From: Macrostomum lignano
Taxonomy: Eukaryota
Reading direction: 5' to 3'
DNA: 64,000 nucleotides
Assembly (NCBI GenBank): GCA_002269645.1
Contig: NIVC01000933.1
Coordinates: forward strand, 65,841-129,840
This document shows positions 1-11,599 of this stretch, one piece after another (position 1 is the stretch's first letter; every line of letters begins with the position of its first letter). The notes beneath the pieces are model-generated. The model saw nothing but the letters and a program-made list of their open reading frames with translations, had not been told where the DNA came from and did not search any database. Position numbers and translations under genes: made by a program.

Positions 1-126
1 TTCGATTTTCTTTGCTTGCCTTCAATAGCGACTGACATATTTCTCTCTTAAAAAAGCGGATTCTTCTTGATCAAATTTGTCTATGGCCAAACCCCCATTC
101 AGAGCGCTCTATGCCTTCTCTTGAAC

Positions 127-265
127 CAAGGAGTTCTATAATTAGCAATCTCATGGAGCACTGAATGTCTATGGCACTGTCTGACTCTGTCTATGCTAGT
201 CTGGCCTCATGAGGTAAAACTGAAAAACTCGTTTCCACTCCAGGTGATAATTTTAGTACTCCTTG
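127..265. mobile_element. 139-bp non-autonomous DNA element (P-element-like MITE)
   Basis: Left end CAAGGAGTTCTATAATTA; right end (reverse complement) CAAGGAGTACTAAAATTA; flanked by 8-bp direct repeat TCTTGAAC (119-126) / TCTAGAAC (266-273), 7/8 match. Confidence 0.7.
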
Positions 266-383
266 TCTAGAACGGACGAAATGCACCACTAGCGATGCGA
301 CAAATATAAGTTGCTTACCGGAATCCTGCATTTCTAAGAAAACCGAGTGTAGCAAGCGTCTTCTACTAGAGGGTGGAGGGGTT

Positions 384-815
384 CACAAACGCGAAATTCC
401 ATAACTTTTAAAAGCACTTGTTTTCAAAACGCGAAGCTTCACAAACGCGAAACTCCACAAACCCGAAATTTCACAAATGCGAAACTTTAACAATCCCGAA
501 ACTTCACAACCCTGTTACTTTACAATCCCGAAACTTCACAAACCCGAAACTTCACAAACCCGAAACTTCACAAACCCGAAACTTCACAAACCCGAAACTT
601 CACAAGCCCGAAACTTCACAAACCCGAAACTTCACAAACCCGAAACTTTACAAACCCGAAACTTCACAAACCCGAAACTTTACAAACCCGAAACTTCACA
701 AACCCGAAACTTCACAAACCCGAAACTTCACAAACCCGAAACTTCACAAACCCAAAACTTCACAAACCCGAAACTTCACAAACGTGACACTTCACGAACC
801 CGAAACTTCAGAATA
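384..815. repeat. 16-bp tandem repeat (ACAAACCCGAAACTTC)n
   Basis: Direct reading; explains the repetitive ORFs at 418 and 477. Confidence 0.95.
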
Positions 816-1503
816 GCTACAATTGTGAAGTTTCACGAAACTTTGCGGTTGTGAAAGAAGATTAAATTTTACTTTTGTGAAAACAACTATAATCCGTCAG
901 ATACAAATGTAGAGCTCTTGAACCACCCTTGTGCGAAACATCAACTTCAGATACTTTTTAACAACCTAATGTTGCTGATACTAAATTTATCAATTTACAA
1001 ACATCAATCAAAGATGTTTTTACATCTTTGAAGATCAGTAGACTGGTGATTTTCTTTGAGTGCTGATGTATTTGACATCCCGAAATTTCTGTCATAGTCA
1101 GTTACCATCTCAAGTTGCACACCATTTAATGCATTGCCGTTAACTTTCTATATTTACATGTATACATGCAGAAATTATTTTTACAATACTCAAAGTAGTC
1201 TGAACGCTCGTGACTAGAATATTACCAGTGGTCTTTTAAAATATCAGCTAATTTAAACATCGTATTTATCTGATAGCAAATAAATGCAAAAAGGTATCTT
1301 TTTTCAAACGGTTTAATTTTTCACACAGACGTACAAAGTTCCGACACGAATAGGCCATAAAATCAAGCAAAAAAGTAGAATGCAGCAGAATGAAATTTTC
1401 AACATCATTTCCACCATCTTTTCTCACTGAAAAAAACAATATGGAGACGATTTCTTCGAAGGTGACTTGCTGGCTAAAACAAAAAGTCACCGCGACTCAA
1501 AGA

Positions 1504-4472
1504 TCAGATTTGGGTCGATTCGACTTCACTTCCAAGTTTGGCGTCCGCTGTTACACCCTGACTGCTGCTGTCATTGTCCTGCTGCAGGTCAGAGTTGGCG
1601 CTGAAAAATAAGTATGCTATTTCTAGCAGTTCGAACAGAGTGAGCACGCACATGCCGAGCCAGAGACCGCACACGCCACCGATCTGATTGGGGGAGAAGA
1701 ATTGAGTTCGATTGAGCTGCTGACGTGCCAGCCCTCATTGGAGCAGAATGGATTGCTAATCTATAGCCATATCTGCTGGGTGAAGGTACAGAATGGATTG
1801 CTAATCTATAGCCATATCTGCTGGATGAAGGAACAGAATGGATTGCTAATCTATAGCCATATCTGCTGGGTGAAGGAACAGAATGGATTGCTAATCTATA
1901 GCCATATCTGCTGGGTGAAGGAACAGAATGGATTGCTAATCTATAGCCATATCTGCTGGGTGAAGGAACAGAATGGATTGCTAATCTATAGCCATATCTG
2001 CTGGGTGAAGGAACAGAATGGATTGCTAATCTATAGCCATATCTGCTGGGTGAAGGTACAGAATGGATTGCTAATCTATAGCCATATCTGCTGGGTGAAG
2101 GAACAGAATGGATTGCTAATCTATAGCCATATCTGCTGGGTGAAGGAACAGAATGGATTGCTAATCTATAGCCATATCTGCTGGACGAAGGAACAGAATG
2201 GATTGCTAATCTGTAGCCGTATCTGCTGGATGAAGGAACAGAATGGATTGCTAAAGTATATCCCATATTCATAAAAAATATAAAATTTGAAACTCGCCTC
2301 AGATAGGGCCTCGGGATAGAGAAAGCTGGGGTGCTCCTGTATAAGCTTGGACTTTGTCTTCATTAACCTGATGTTTAGTCTCAGCAGGTTCGATGTTAGC
2401 CTTGTGTTATTAACCAGTCTCCAGCTGCTCCGGCTGAATTTCCCTGCACCATGAAAAAGCTGCTGGAGTGTCGCTGTCTGTCTGCTGACGATTTTGTCTT
2501 TTCCAACGAGCCGGACAATGTCTGGATCAGAAAAGTTCAAAATAGAGTGGTGCTCGCCGTCACCTGGCAGCAGGTCTGTGCGCTCGTACAGCGTCTCCAA
2601 CACGTATTTGTTAACTACGCTAGGTAGGTCCTCAGTTTTCGGCCACTCATACACGTTGTTGAAGAAGTCTAACTTAGCTGACCTGCACGGCTCGAACTTC
2701 GAGTACTTTCTCAACAGTTGATACGTGTCCTTGTCGACTTCCGCTACCACTCTGTCGTGACAGTTGATCCGTTGCATGACCTCCTTCGTGGGGGTTCGCT
2801 TCACCGAATCCGGCACGTGATAGCACAAGGTCTCCATGCCGGATTCGAATGGATACTTGTGCGAGTAGCAGCCGCACTGACTCATCAGTTCTTCCTGCTT
2901 TTTCTGAATCACCTGCTCGTCCTGCTGTTTATCGTAGCTGCGATATTCGAGTTTGCCCCGATTGTCAAAGTTTGTGACGTAGCGGACCTGCTCGAAGGGC
3001 TTCTTGATGCAATCCGATACGCCGAGTCTTTGCTGACGAATGACAAACATCTGGCCGATGTTAACCGCAGCAGACACGCCCGCCTCGAACTCGAGACTAT
3101 CCAAGCCTGAAAGTGCGGAGCGTGTTGTGCAAGCGTGAGTGCACTCTATAAAGAGTTGCCATACTACTATCGAGAGTGTACATGTCTGGCCGATTGGAAT
3201 GTCGGCTGAATGAAGAACTGAATGAAGAATATACTCGTACAAGACATCTAGTAAAGTCTACGATTAGCCACTTGGTTGAAAATATCCCAACTTATCAACG
3301 CACGCAGACTTCAATAGATCGCGTGCCCCATCGCAGGCTATTGTAAACAATTTGTCAGCCTAAAAACTATTATTCACTCATCCAAGCGTTGGTTTAAAGC
3401 TACTTGGACTTACTTGTTGGACATTGGCTGTGTCAAGAACCTCAATAGCCACAGACTTTATGCATGCTCTGATTAAAGCACTGCTTGTGTGTCTCTTCCC
3501 ATCAAAATTTCAAAAAGTCTTATTTATTTGAAAATAGAAATGCAATCCCACCGAAAGCCGAACTAAACTTATCAAGCGAAACTTACTCATCATCGGGTGA
3601 GTTCCAGAGTCGTGCAATATCACTCGAAAGCCATTGGACTGGGTGATTATTGGCTCAGCAATTTGGTTAAGCGATCGCCAATGCGTATTTAGAAAAAACT
3701 CTAACGAATTCCAATCGGACATGTTCTCTGAGCCGTGAATCTTAACATCGCGACCGTAAAACTGAACAATGGTGCCTTCGAAAACAGGATGATAGAAGCT
3801 GGTGTCAGTGAACAGATCGAGTTTCAGGCCTTCGGTGCCAACCGCGACATCCCCACTGGGAGAGAAGCTGTAGCAATACCAACCATCGGGATCCCGGATC
3901 AGGCTGAAATTCCTGTGATCACACTTTTGACCCTCGTAGCTACAAGAAAGCAACGCCGAATCGATAAACATGCCGAGGTCTCTGAAGTCCTCCGAGGCCC
4001 AGACGATCTTCATGAACTTTTCGAAGATAACAGACAGCCGATGTTTGTAAGCGATGTTGCTTTCATTTGGTTTCTGCATTCGCTCTTCTTTGAACCAGTT
4101 GTTGAAATAGGACCACTTTGTATCGAAGTACCTGTCCAAAACCTTGTCGTAGTGGATCAGCAGCGACTCACTGAATGGCTTCACCCTGCACAGCGTGATA
4201 TCCGGGAACTCGGCTGGGACGGCCTCGTCCTGGATCTGAACAAAGGTGTCCATAGCGCTGTACCGCTTAATAGACATGACCGTGTGGTACACACCCGCAG
4301 TGGTGGCAGCTAGCAAGACAATAAGCCAGAACGCCCGTCGCGTCATATCCTTAGATTGGAACAGGTGGTACAGACCGTGCAGAGACGAGTTCTTGCCGTA
4401 GATTTCCAGCACGAAATACGCTGTGCGAGCTCCGCGCCTCACCTTGGAGGCCCCTGAGGACTTGCGGGTCAT
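1504..4472 (-). CDS. DEG/ENaC (FaNaC/ASIC-like) ion channel subunit, 3 exons, ~624 aa
   Basis: Exons 4472-3587, 3106-2298, 1683-1504 join in frame (886+809+180 nt). Motifs: SSLHGLYHL (HG), TM1 AFWLIVLL, FPDITLC, CSYEGQKC, CGC, WP, ALSE|IGGVCGLWLGMCVLTLFE (TM2). Intron 2 needs a GC donor. Confidence 0.92.
1742..2255. repeat. 45-bp minisatellite, ~11 copies, in intron 2 of the channel gene
   Basis: Unit CAGAATGGATTGCTAATCTATAGCCATATCTGCTGGGTGAAGGAA; same unit at 45140-45700. Confidence 0.97.
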
Positions 4473-4711
4473 GGCTGTAGATAATGAATGAGGCAATAAA
4501 CAGAGGTTCCGTTAGGCTTCGACGGCACAATACAGATTAAGGAAAAAGGGCTGCGCACTAGTACGTATGCCATAAGTGCAAACTCTGTCTTGCTTACTGG
4601 ATTGATATGGGGATGCATTCAAATCTCACGAAAGATGTACCACAGACAGTTTTGGTCAATAATTATTTGTCTGATAGCTGATATAATATGATAATGACTG
4701 ACTGTTTAGAA

Positions 4712-4853
4712 AATAATAGTACATTAATACCCATGCTTTAAGGGCGTTAATGGGAAAATCGCTTCGCTCGCATTTTTTTCTATGCCACTTACTGGCTCAT
4801 CGTCCCCTCTGATTTTCCCATTAACGCCTTAAAGCATGGGTATTACTATTATT
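4712..4853. repeat. Inverted repeat (~45-bp arms, 50-bp spacer), MITE-like
   Basis: AATAATAGTA(CATT)AATACCCATGCTTTAAGGGCGTTAATGGGAAAATC at 4712-4760 is nearly the reverse complement of 4811-4853. No TSD identified. Confidence 0.7.
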
Positions 4854-5008
4854 GTGCCATAGACATTTCTGTCCTTGACAAAGTGGGACAAAATTAGCGG
4901 GCAGTTAATGACATTAACTGCCCGATAATTTTCATTAAAGTAAGTTTGACATAGACAATCGGGCGTTAAATTTCATTGCATTGCCCGCTAATTTGCATTA
5001 AAGTGGTA

Positions 5009-5816
5009 CTGCAAGCTTTCAATTTAATCATAGATACGGAAATCAGGCTTGCGAGACTGAAAACTTTGTCTATGGTCGACACTGGCATAGCGGAGTTCAA
5101 TTTAATCCTGGGGGCATCAATTTGATCATTCTATGCATTCAATGCACATTTTTACTGTTAGTGAAACCTGTTTTTAACTTGTTTTTACATCATATGATCC
5201 TCTGAGAGACTATGACGGCAGTCAGGTACCAGAAGTTCATCAATGATCTGGTGCAAAGCGTGACCAGTCGTGGTGTACCTGATGGCGAGGAGTCTGCGTG
5301 ATCATGGATGACGCCCGTTTTCATCATGGAGTGACAATCCCAGATCAATTTCAGCCCGCTTGGCGCCTGGTGACATTGCCTCCATACTCGCCATTCCTCA
5401 ATCCTGTGGAGAACGCGCACGCCTGCCTGAAGGCAGCCATCAAGAGCCAGCTGGCTCAACCACAACTGCAAGAAGAGCTGGACACTCCGCCTGCTGGTCA
5501 TTCGCTACGAGAGTGGCGAATCCTTGTCCTACAGAGGGTTGCAGAGGACCCAACCCGTGAAGTGACCGTTGCAAAATGCGGAGGCTGGTACCCGCAGATG
5601 CTGACGTTTATTCCAGCCTGACTCGACGACGTCCGACGCTAAAGCTTTTATTTGTTTATTGTATTGTTCTGTTTTAGATTTTCTTTTCTTTTCAGAAATT
5701 GATGCCCCCAGGATTAAATTGAAATCCGCTATGCCAGCGAGTGTCGAGCATAGAGAGAAAATTTTCAGTCTCGCAAGTCTGATTTCCGTATCTATGATTA
5801 AATTGAAAGCTTGCAG
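5009..5816 (+). mobile_element. IS630/Tc1-mariner superfamily deletion derivative retaining a DDE fragment
   Basis: ~115-120-bp TIRs (5009-5123 / 5696-5816, CTGCAAGCTTTCAATTTAATC...), TA on both sides; internal frameshifted ORF ...VIMDDARFHH...LPPYSPFLNPVE (DDE_3-type motif). Confidence 0.88.
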
Positions 5817-6267
5817 TACCAACTAGGCCGCAAAAAGGAATATTGGAAAAATAAATTTAACTTTTCTTATTCGCTAGTTAAAAAAATTGGTGCTAAAAAT
5901 ATGATTCGGTGACTTATAGCTCGTATCAATGGCGGAGTTGTGAAAGAGCCTTTACGGTTGTGAGAGATTTAATTTAGACTGCTGAGAACAGCAGACGAAC
6001 AACAATTTTTATCGGAAAATCTCCCGCATAGCCCATAGAAGAAATCGCAGCAAAAAAGAAACGTCTGTACACCACAGGGTGGTGGGAGAGAACGGTGAGG
6101 GGCAGTGGCTGACTGAAGAAAGCAAAACAAGCCAGAAACCGGTCATCTCAAGGGCTTTCTCACAGTTACGAATCGTTCGTTACAGCAACGGGCTACAGCA
6201 AATTGTGCGCAGCAACCCAGACAACCTCATTTTCTAGCCAAAAAAAAAGAATAAAAGCTTCTTATAT

Positions 6268-7510
<1,243 letters not shown>

Positions 7511-7545
7511 TTTTAGTAGACAGACAGTTTTGGGATAGTTTACAG

Positions 7546-9009
7546 ATGATAAATTCCAAAAATCCTCAGTTAGTCGTTAGTAAACATTCAATTAAGATCC
7601 TATTCGCTCCATCCGGCAGGTTCGCCTGGCGCAATTACGTCAAATATTGCGCCCGTCCCTACACGGGCAACGACCTCGATCCCATCAAGCGGGCCTGCTC
7701 CCCGGTGCCCGACGTCCTTCTCGGACCTCGCCAGCTGGTGACAGCCGTGGACGCGCTTGACACTTTCGCTCTGATGGAAATGCACGAGGAGTTCGAGGAG
7801 GCCCGCCAGATGGTGACGGGAGGTAAGCGAGCAGCCTTGTCGAACGTCACTGTGAGCGTGTTCGAGACCTGCATCCGACTGCTCGGCGGCTACCTCGGTG
7901 CGTACAGCTTCACTCAAGACTCAAGATTGTTAGCTGAGGCGGTGGCAGTTGCTGACAGGCTGGCTGAGTCTTTCAGCGATATGAGATCTCTGAATCGCAA
8001 TGACTTGGTGCTGTTAAAAAAAACCTCACCAAGACCAAATTCTACTATCGACAATGAAACAAAACTGCTAGCAGCGACTGGAACTTTGTACCTGGAGTTC
8101 GCCTATCTGTCCCATATAACTGGTGACAAGAAGTATGAGCAGTGGGTGACAAGGAACCATGAGCTCCTGATGAAGGCACCGAATGTACAAGGACTGTACC
8201 CGATGGAGATGACCCCAAAAGGCATGCCTTTGACCCCGGATCCTGTTTACTCAGCCGGCGGTGAGGGTGACTCATTCTACGAGTATCTGGTCAAAAAGTG
8301 TCTGTACAGCAAGAACCCGGACCCGAAATGCACCAGAGACTATACAGCAGCTCTCGATAGCATCATGAAGTGCATGACTGTACAAGTCAGTCCAGGGTCT
8401 GACCTCTTGTGCGTTGTCAACGTAAAGAAGCCTTGCAACGCAAAGCAGCAGCTCAACGCGACTTGCACTATGGAGCACCTGACCTGCTTCTTGGGCGGCA
8501 CCTACGCGCTCGCCTACATGATGAACCCGCATCGCACTGACTGGCTTGGATTTGCAGAGAGAATCACTCACACATGCTATCTGTCATATTTCCATTCTCC
8601 AATCGGCTTGGGTCCGGAGATTTTCAAGTACAATGCCACGTCGAGAAAGTTCGAAGCCGATCCGGACAGGGACTTCTACATATTGAGACCGGAGACTATC
8701 GAGTCCATCTACTACCTGCACTACGTCACTGGGCACAAAAAGTACCGATATTGGGGAAAGAAAATCCTGCTTGTCATCAACGCCAGCACGAGAACTCCAA
8801 CCGGCTTCAGCGGTGTCCACAAAATCCTGTCGAACAAAACGATCTTCAACAACACGCAACAGTCGTTCTTCCTGGCCGAGACGCTCAAGTACTTGTACCT
8901 ACTGTTTCAGCCGAATAGTCGATTATCATTGGACCAGTGGGTGCTGAGCACGGAGGCCCACCTGTTTCCTACCGGTATAAACCCGCTGCGAAGCCGGATG
9001 CACGGATAG
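7546..9009 (+). CDS. Class I alpha-1,2-mannosidase (GH47), catalytic domain in one exon; 5' end uncertain
   Basis: Motifs AWRNY, DALDT, VFETCIRLLGG, GGEGDSFYEYL, EHLTCFLGG, YILRPETIES, QQSFFLAETLKYLYLLF, STEAH (closest in wording to Golgi MAN1A type). Homology begins near a candidate acceptor at 7619/7620; no signal-anchor exon found. Confidence 0.9.
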   Translation: MINSKNPQLVVSKHSIKILFAPSGRFAWRNYVKYCARPYTGNDLDPIKRACSPVPDVLLGPRQLVTAVDALDTFALMEMHEEFEEARQMVTGGKRAALSNVTVSVFETCIRLLGGYLGAYSFTQDSRLLAEAVAVADRLAESFSDMRSLNRNDLVLLKKTSPRPNSTIDNETKLLAATGTLYLEFAYLSHITGDKKYEQWVTRNHELLMKAPNVQGLYPMEMTPKGMPLTPDPVYSAGGEGDSFYEYLVKKCLYSKNPDPKCTRDYTAALDSIMKCMTVQVSPGSDLLCVVNVKKPCNAKQQLNATCTMEHLTCFLGGTYALAYMMNPHRTDWLGFAERITHTCYLSYFHSPIGLGPEIFKYNATSRKFEADPDRDFYILRPETIESIYYLHYVTGHKKYRYWGKKILLVINASTRTPTGFSGVHKILSNKTIFNNTQQSFFLAETLKYLYLLFQPNSRLSLDQWVLSTEAHLFPTGINPLRSRMHG

Positions 9010-10129
9010 ATCTGCTGCATGTTGCTTGATCGATGCTGAATCTGATTGGTGATGGAACAAGGATGTTTGCTTAACTTAGCTCTTATAAGTCTTAACGCTC
9101 TTGCTTTTGTACGTGATCAGTTTTAAGGACGAATTGGGGTGTTCTGTCTTTTAATGTTTCTTCTAGAATCGATGCTTGTTGCAAGCGACTCTTAAAAATT
9201 AGTTAAATTTAATAATAATGCATTCTTTAGTTATAATTCATGTTTGCAGAAGACATTCAGTCCGCTCAAATGTCTCATTTCACAACAACTAATTGTTTGA
9301 AATATAAAACTTTCTGCTTTGCTTTAATTGTTATCACATTTAACTAAAATTGTCCCGCTGCTATTCGAACAAAATTCGGCGTAAAAATACTTGAAGGAAC
9401 TTTTAAAGTTCATTTATTTTAACTACAATTTGCACTTCAGTTCGCTTTAAAAAGTACGTGTATACAACGTACATTTGTATTATACAGCTAATTTGACCTT
9501 CCGTGGCGAAAATTTCGCTCTCATTGAGTGCCAAGGATTTGGATCAAAGATTTAATACTTACTTAAATGGCGGAACTAAAGAGAACTACATTAAGAGAAC
9601 TGCATTAAGAACGTGTGGCAAATTACATAGACGCATCGTATCCATGAAGCCTTTCAGAATTTTTCATGTGAACAACATTCTATTTTAGGTAATTTGAACT
9701 CCCTGTTTCCGGAAAATTCCCAAAACTCTAGAATTTTCTATAAAACTTATCTATAAATAAAAGGCACCGGGAACTGCGTACTCAAGCCTACCTCTTCCAT
9801 ACGAAAAACCAGCTGTTAAACAAAATTAGTGAACCAAGAACCAAGGCCGCCTTTCCGTCTCATTCATTTTAATAAGGTAGTTTAGTGTTAGGCGTCGCAC
9901 TGTTGTCAGCAGTTTTTCTCGCCCTTGCCCTCGCCCTGGGTTGCTGTCTGCCGCTGGGCAGCCTCCCTCCTTTTTTCTGCCTGTTCTCTGTCGCCCCCTC
10001 TTCTCTGCTGTGGTCTGCTTTTCGTTTCGCTCCAGTCTTGAGGTCACGATTTGTGGCCTGTTTTTCCTTTTTACGTGAGCAAGTCACATGACAAGCCATA
10101 CTTTCCTGGAGTCTAAAGTGCAATAAGCA

Positions 10130-10665
10130 TGTTTACTGCGCTCGCTCGCTGGGGAATCACGTATTCCAGAACTCCGGCTTTCTCTGAGGCGGGAGATGAC
10201 GTCAGTTCTAAAAATAGATACTGAGTCACGCGATCTGGTGCACACTGCCCGAGGATCCCCTGCCTTTTATAAGATCGGAGCTGGTGACGTCAGTTTTAAA
10301 AATAGATCTGAGTCACGCGGTCTTGCGCTCACCGGCACTTTGGCGCAATAGGTATTTCCAGCCTATACGTACCGGCCCCCTCACCCTTGTTTCCGTCAAG
10401 GAGTTTCAGTTTCTTAGCTTTCAGTTCTTCTGCTACCCTGTTTCGGCCGTCTGTAATTGCCTGACTGAACCAGACGCCCAAGCCTAAAGGAGGCTAAAAC
10501 CGCTTTCCCAACCACCCACTGAGCCCGATGGGATCTGCTGACCAGACGCCTTGTTCGTTAGTCTTCAAATCTGCCTGCTGTGGTGAATTCGTTTGACTTG
10601 TATATTTCGTTCCGACGAGAAGTTCACCTCATCGAAGGCCGAGACCTGAAACAACTGGTGACAGC
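10130..10665 (+). mobile_element. Possible LTR (TGTTT...AAACA) followed by a PBS-like TGGTGACAGC
   Basis: 5-bp terminal inverted repeat, TATA-like TTTTATAA, duplicated TGACGTCA...TGAGTCA block; no partner LTR or coding region. Confidence 0.3.
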
Positions 10666-11171
10666 AAACTACTGTGACGTTGTCAGTTTAAGGTGGTCCC
10701 GAAAAGGGCCGCTGGACTATATTTTCCCTTGTAATTTCTCATATTAATTTCTCCAATAGTTTATTTTAACGTTTACTTATAGTAGCGTGCAAATAATTTT
10801 TATCAACTGCTAATTCACTGTGTATTGGATAGACCTTGCGCCCGTCTGTAAATTTTGGCACGATCGATAATTTTAAGTTCTCTCGCCAGCCAATGAAAAC
10901 CACTCGTGCTTCGCGCTACCCCCCTCTGCGCTCCTTTATTAAACCCCCCCGCCTGGCGGCGGGCACTCCACCTTCCTCTCTCCTCTCTTTCTTATCTGTT
11001 CTTCCGTCCCATTTTGCGTTCTTGTCTGGCTGCCTCGAGCCTCCTTATTTCTCGCCACGGCCCCTCTGTCTGGGCCGGCCTACTCACACACTTACTTGAC
11101 TGCCTCACGCCACGACTGACGCCAACTTCGCCACTGCTCAATGCTCATCTGCCTACTACGTCTCACTGCCA

Positions 11172-11599
11172 CTGTTGTACTCATCGCCGTTACTCACCAC
11201 GTTGCATCGTCTTGCATCACTCGCCTACCACTCGACTACAATCTCTAACTCACCTTCAATTCAAAACCATTGTTGCAGCCGCCAGTGCCCCAAAGCGCAA
11301 TAAGTTCTATATTGATATTAACCGCATCGAATATTGATCTCAACAATAATAACCAACTACGGCCAGTTCCCGGCCTTGTATGCCAAGTGCTCCGCTACAC
11401 AAATCCGCTATCAAGACTTGACTCGATTCATTTGGGACTAAAACGGCCCTTTTAAGGGTCACGGACAACATCAAATAACGTGACACTACCTACGCTACGA
11501 CAAGGCTTACAAGAAGAGGCGCGAGACTTCAGGTAGAACTTGAGTGCCTGTAAATTTGGAAGCTAAAGCTATGTACTTCACTGGTGGCAGCGGTGGGAT
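11172..11599 (+). mobile_element. LTR-retrotransposon remnant: LTR end (...TACTTCA, 11580) plus tRNA-Leu primer-binding site
   Basis: TGGTGGCAGCGGTGGGAT (11582-11599) is the 18-nt complement of the tRNA-Leu 3' end, 1 nt after a CA. LTR start (TGTTGTAC, 11172) is a guess. Confidence 0.5.

Noticed and set aside
1742-2255. CRISPR-like appearance of regular 20-50-bp repeats
   Set aside because: Head-to-tail units with no unique spacers, no cas genes, eukaryotic context.
9893-9960. Faint resemblance to tRNA-Gly or a SINE head
   Set aside because: A and B boxes and cloverleaf pairing are not preserved.
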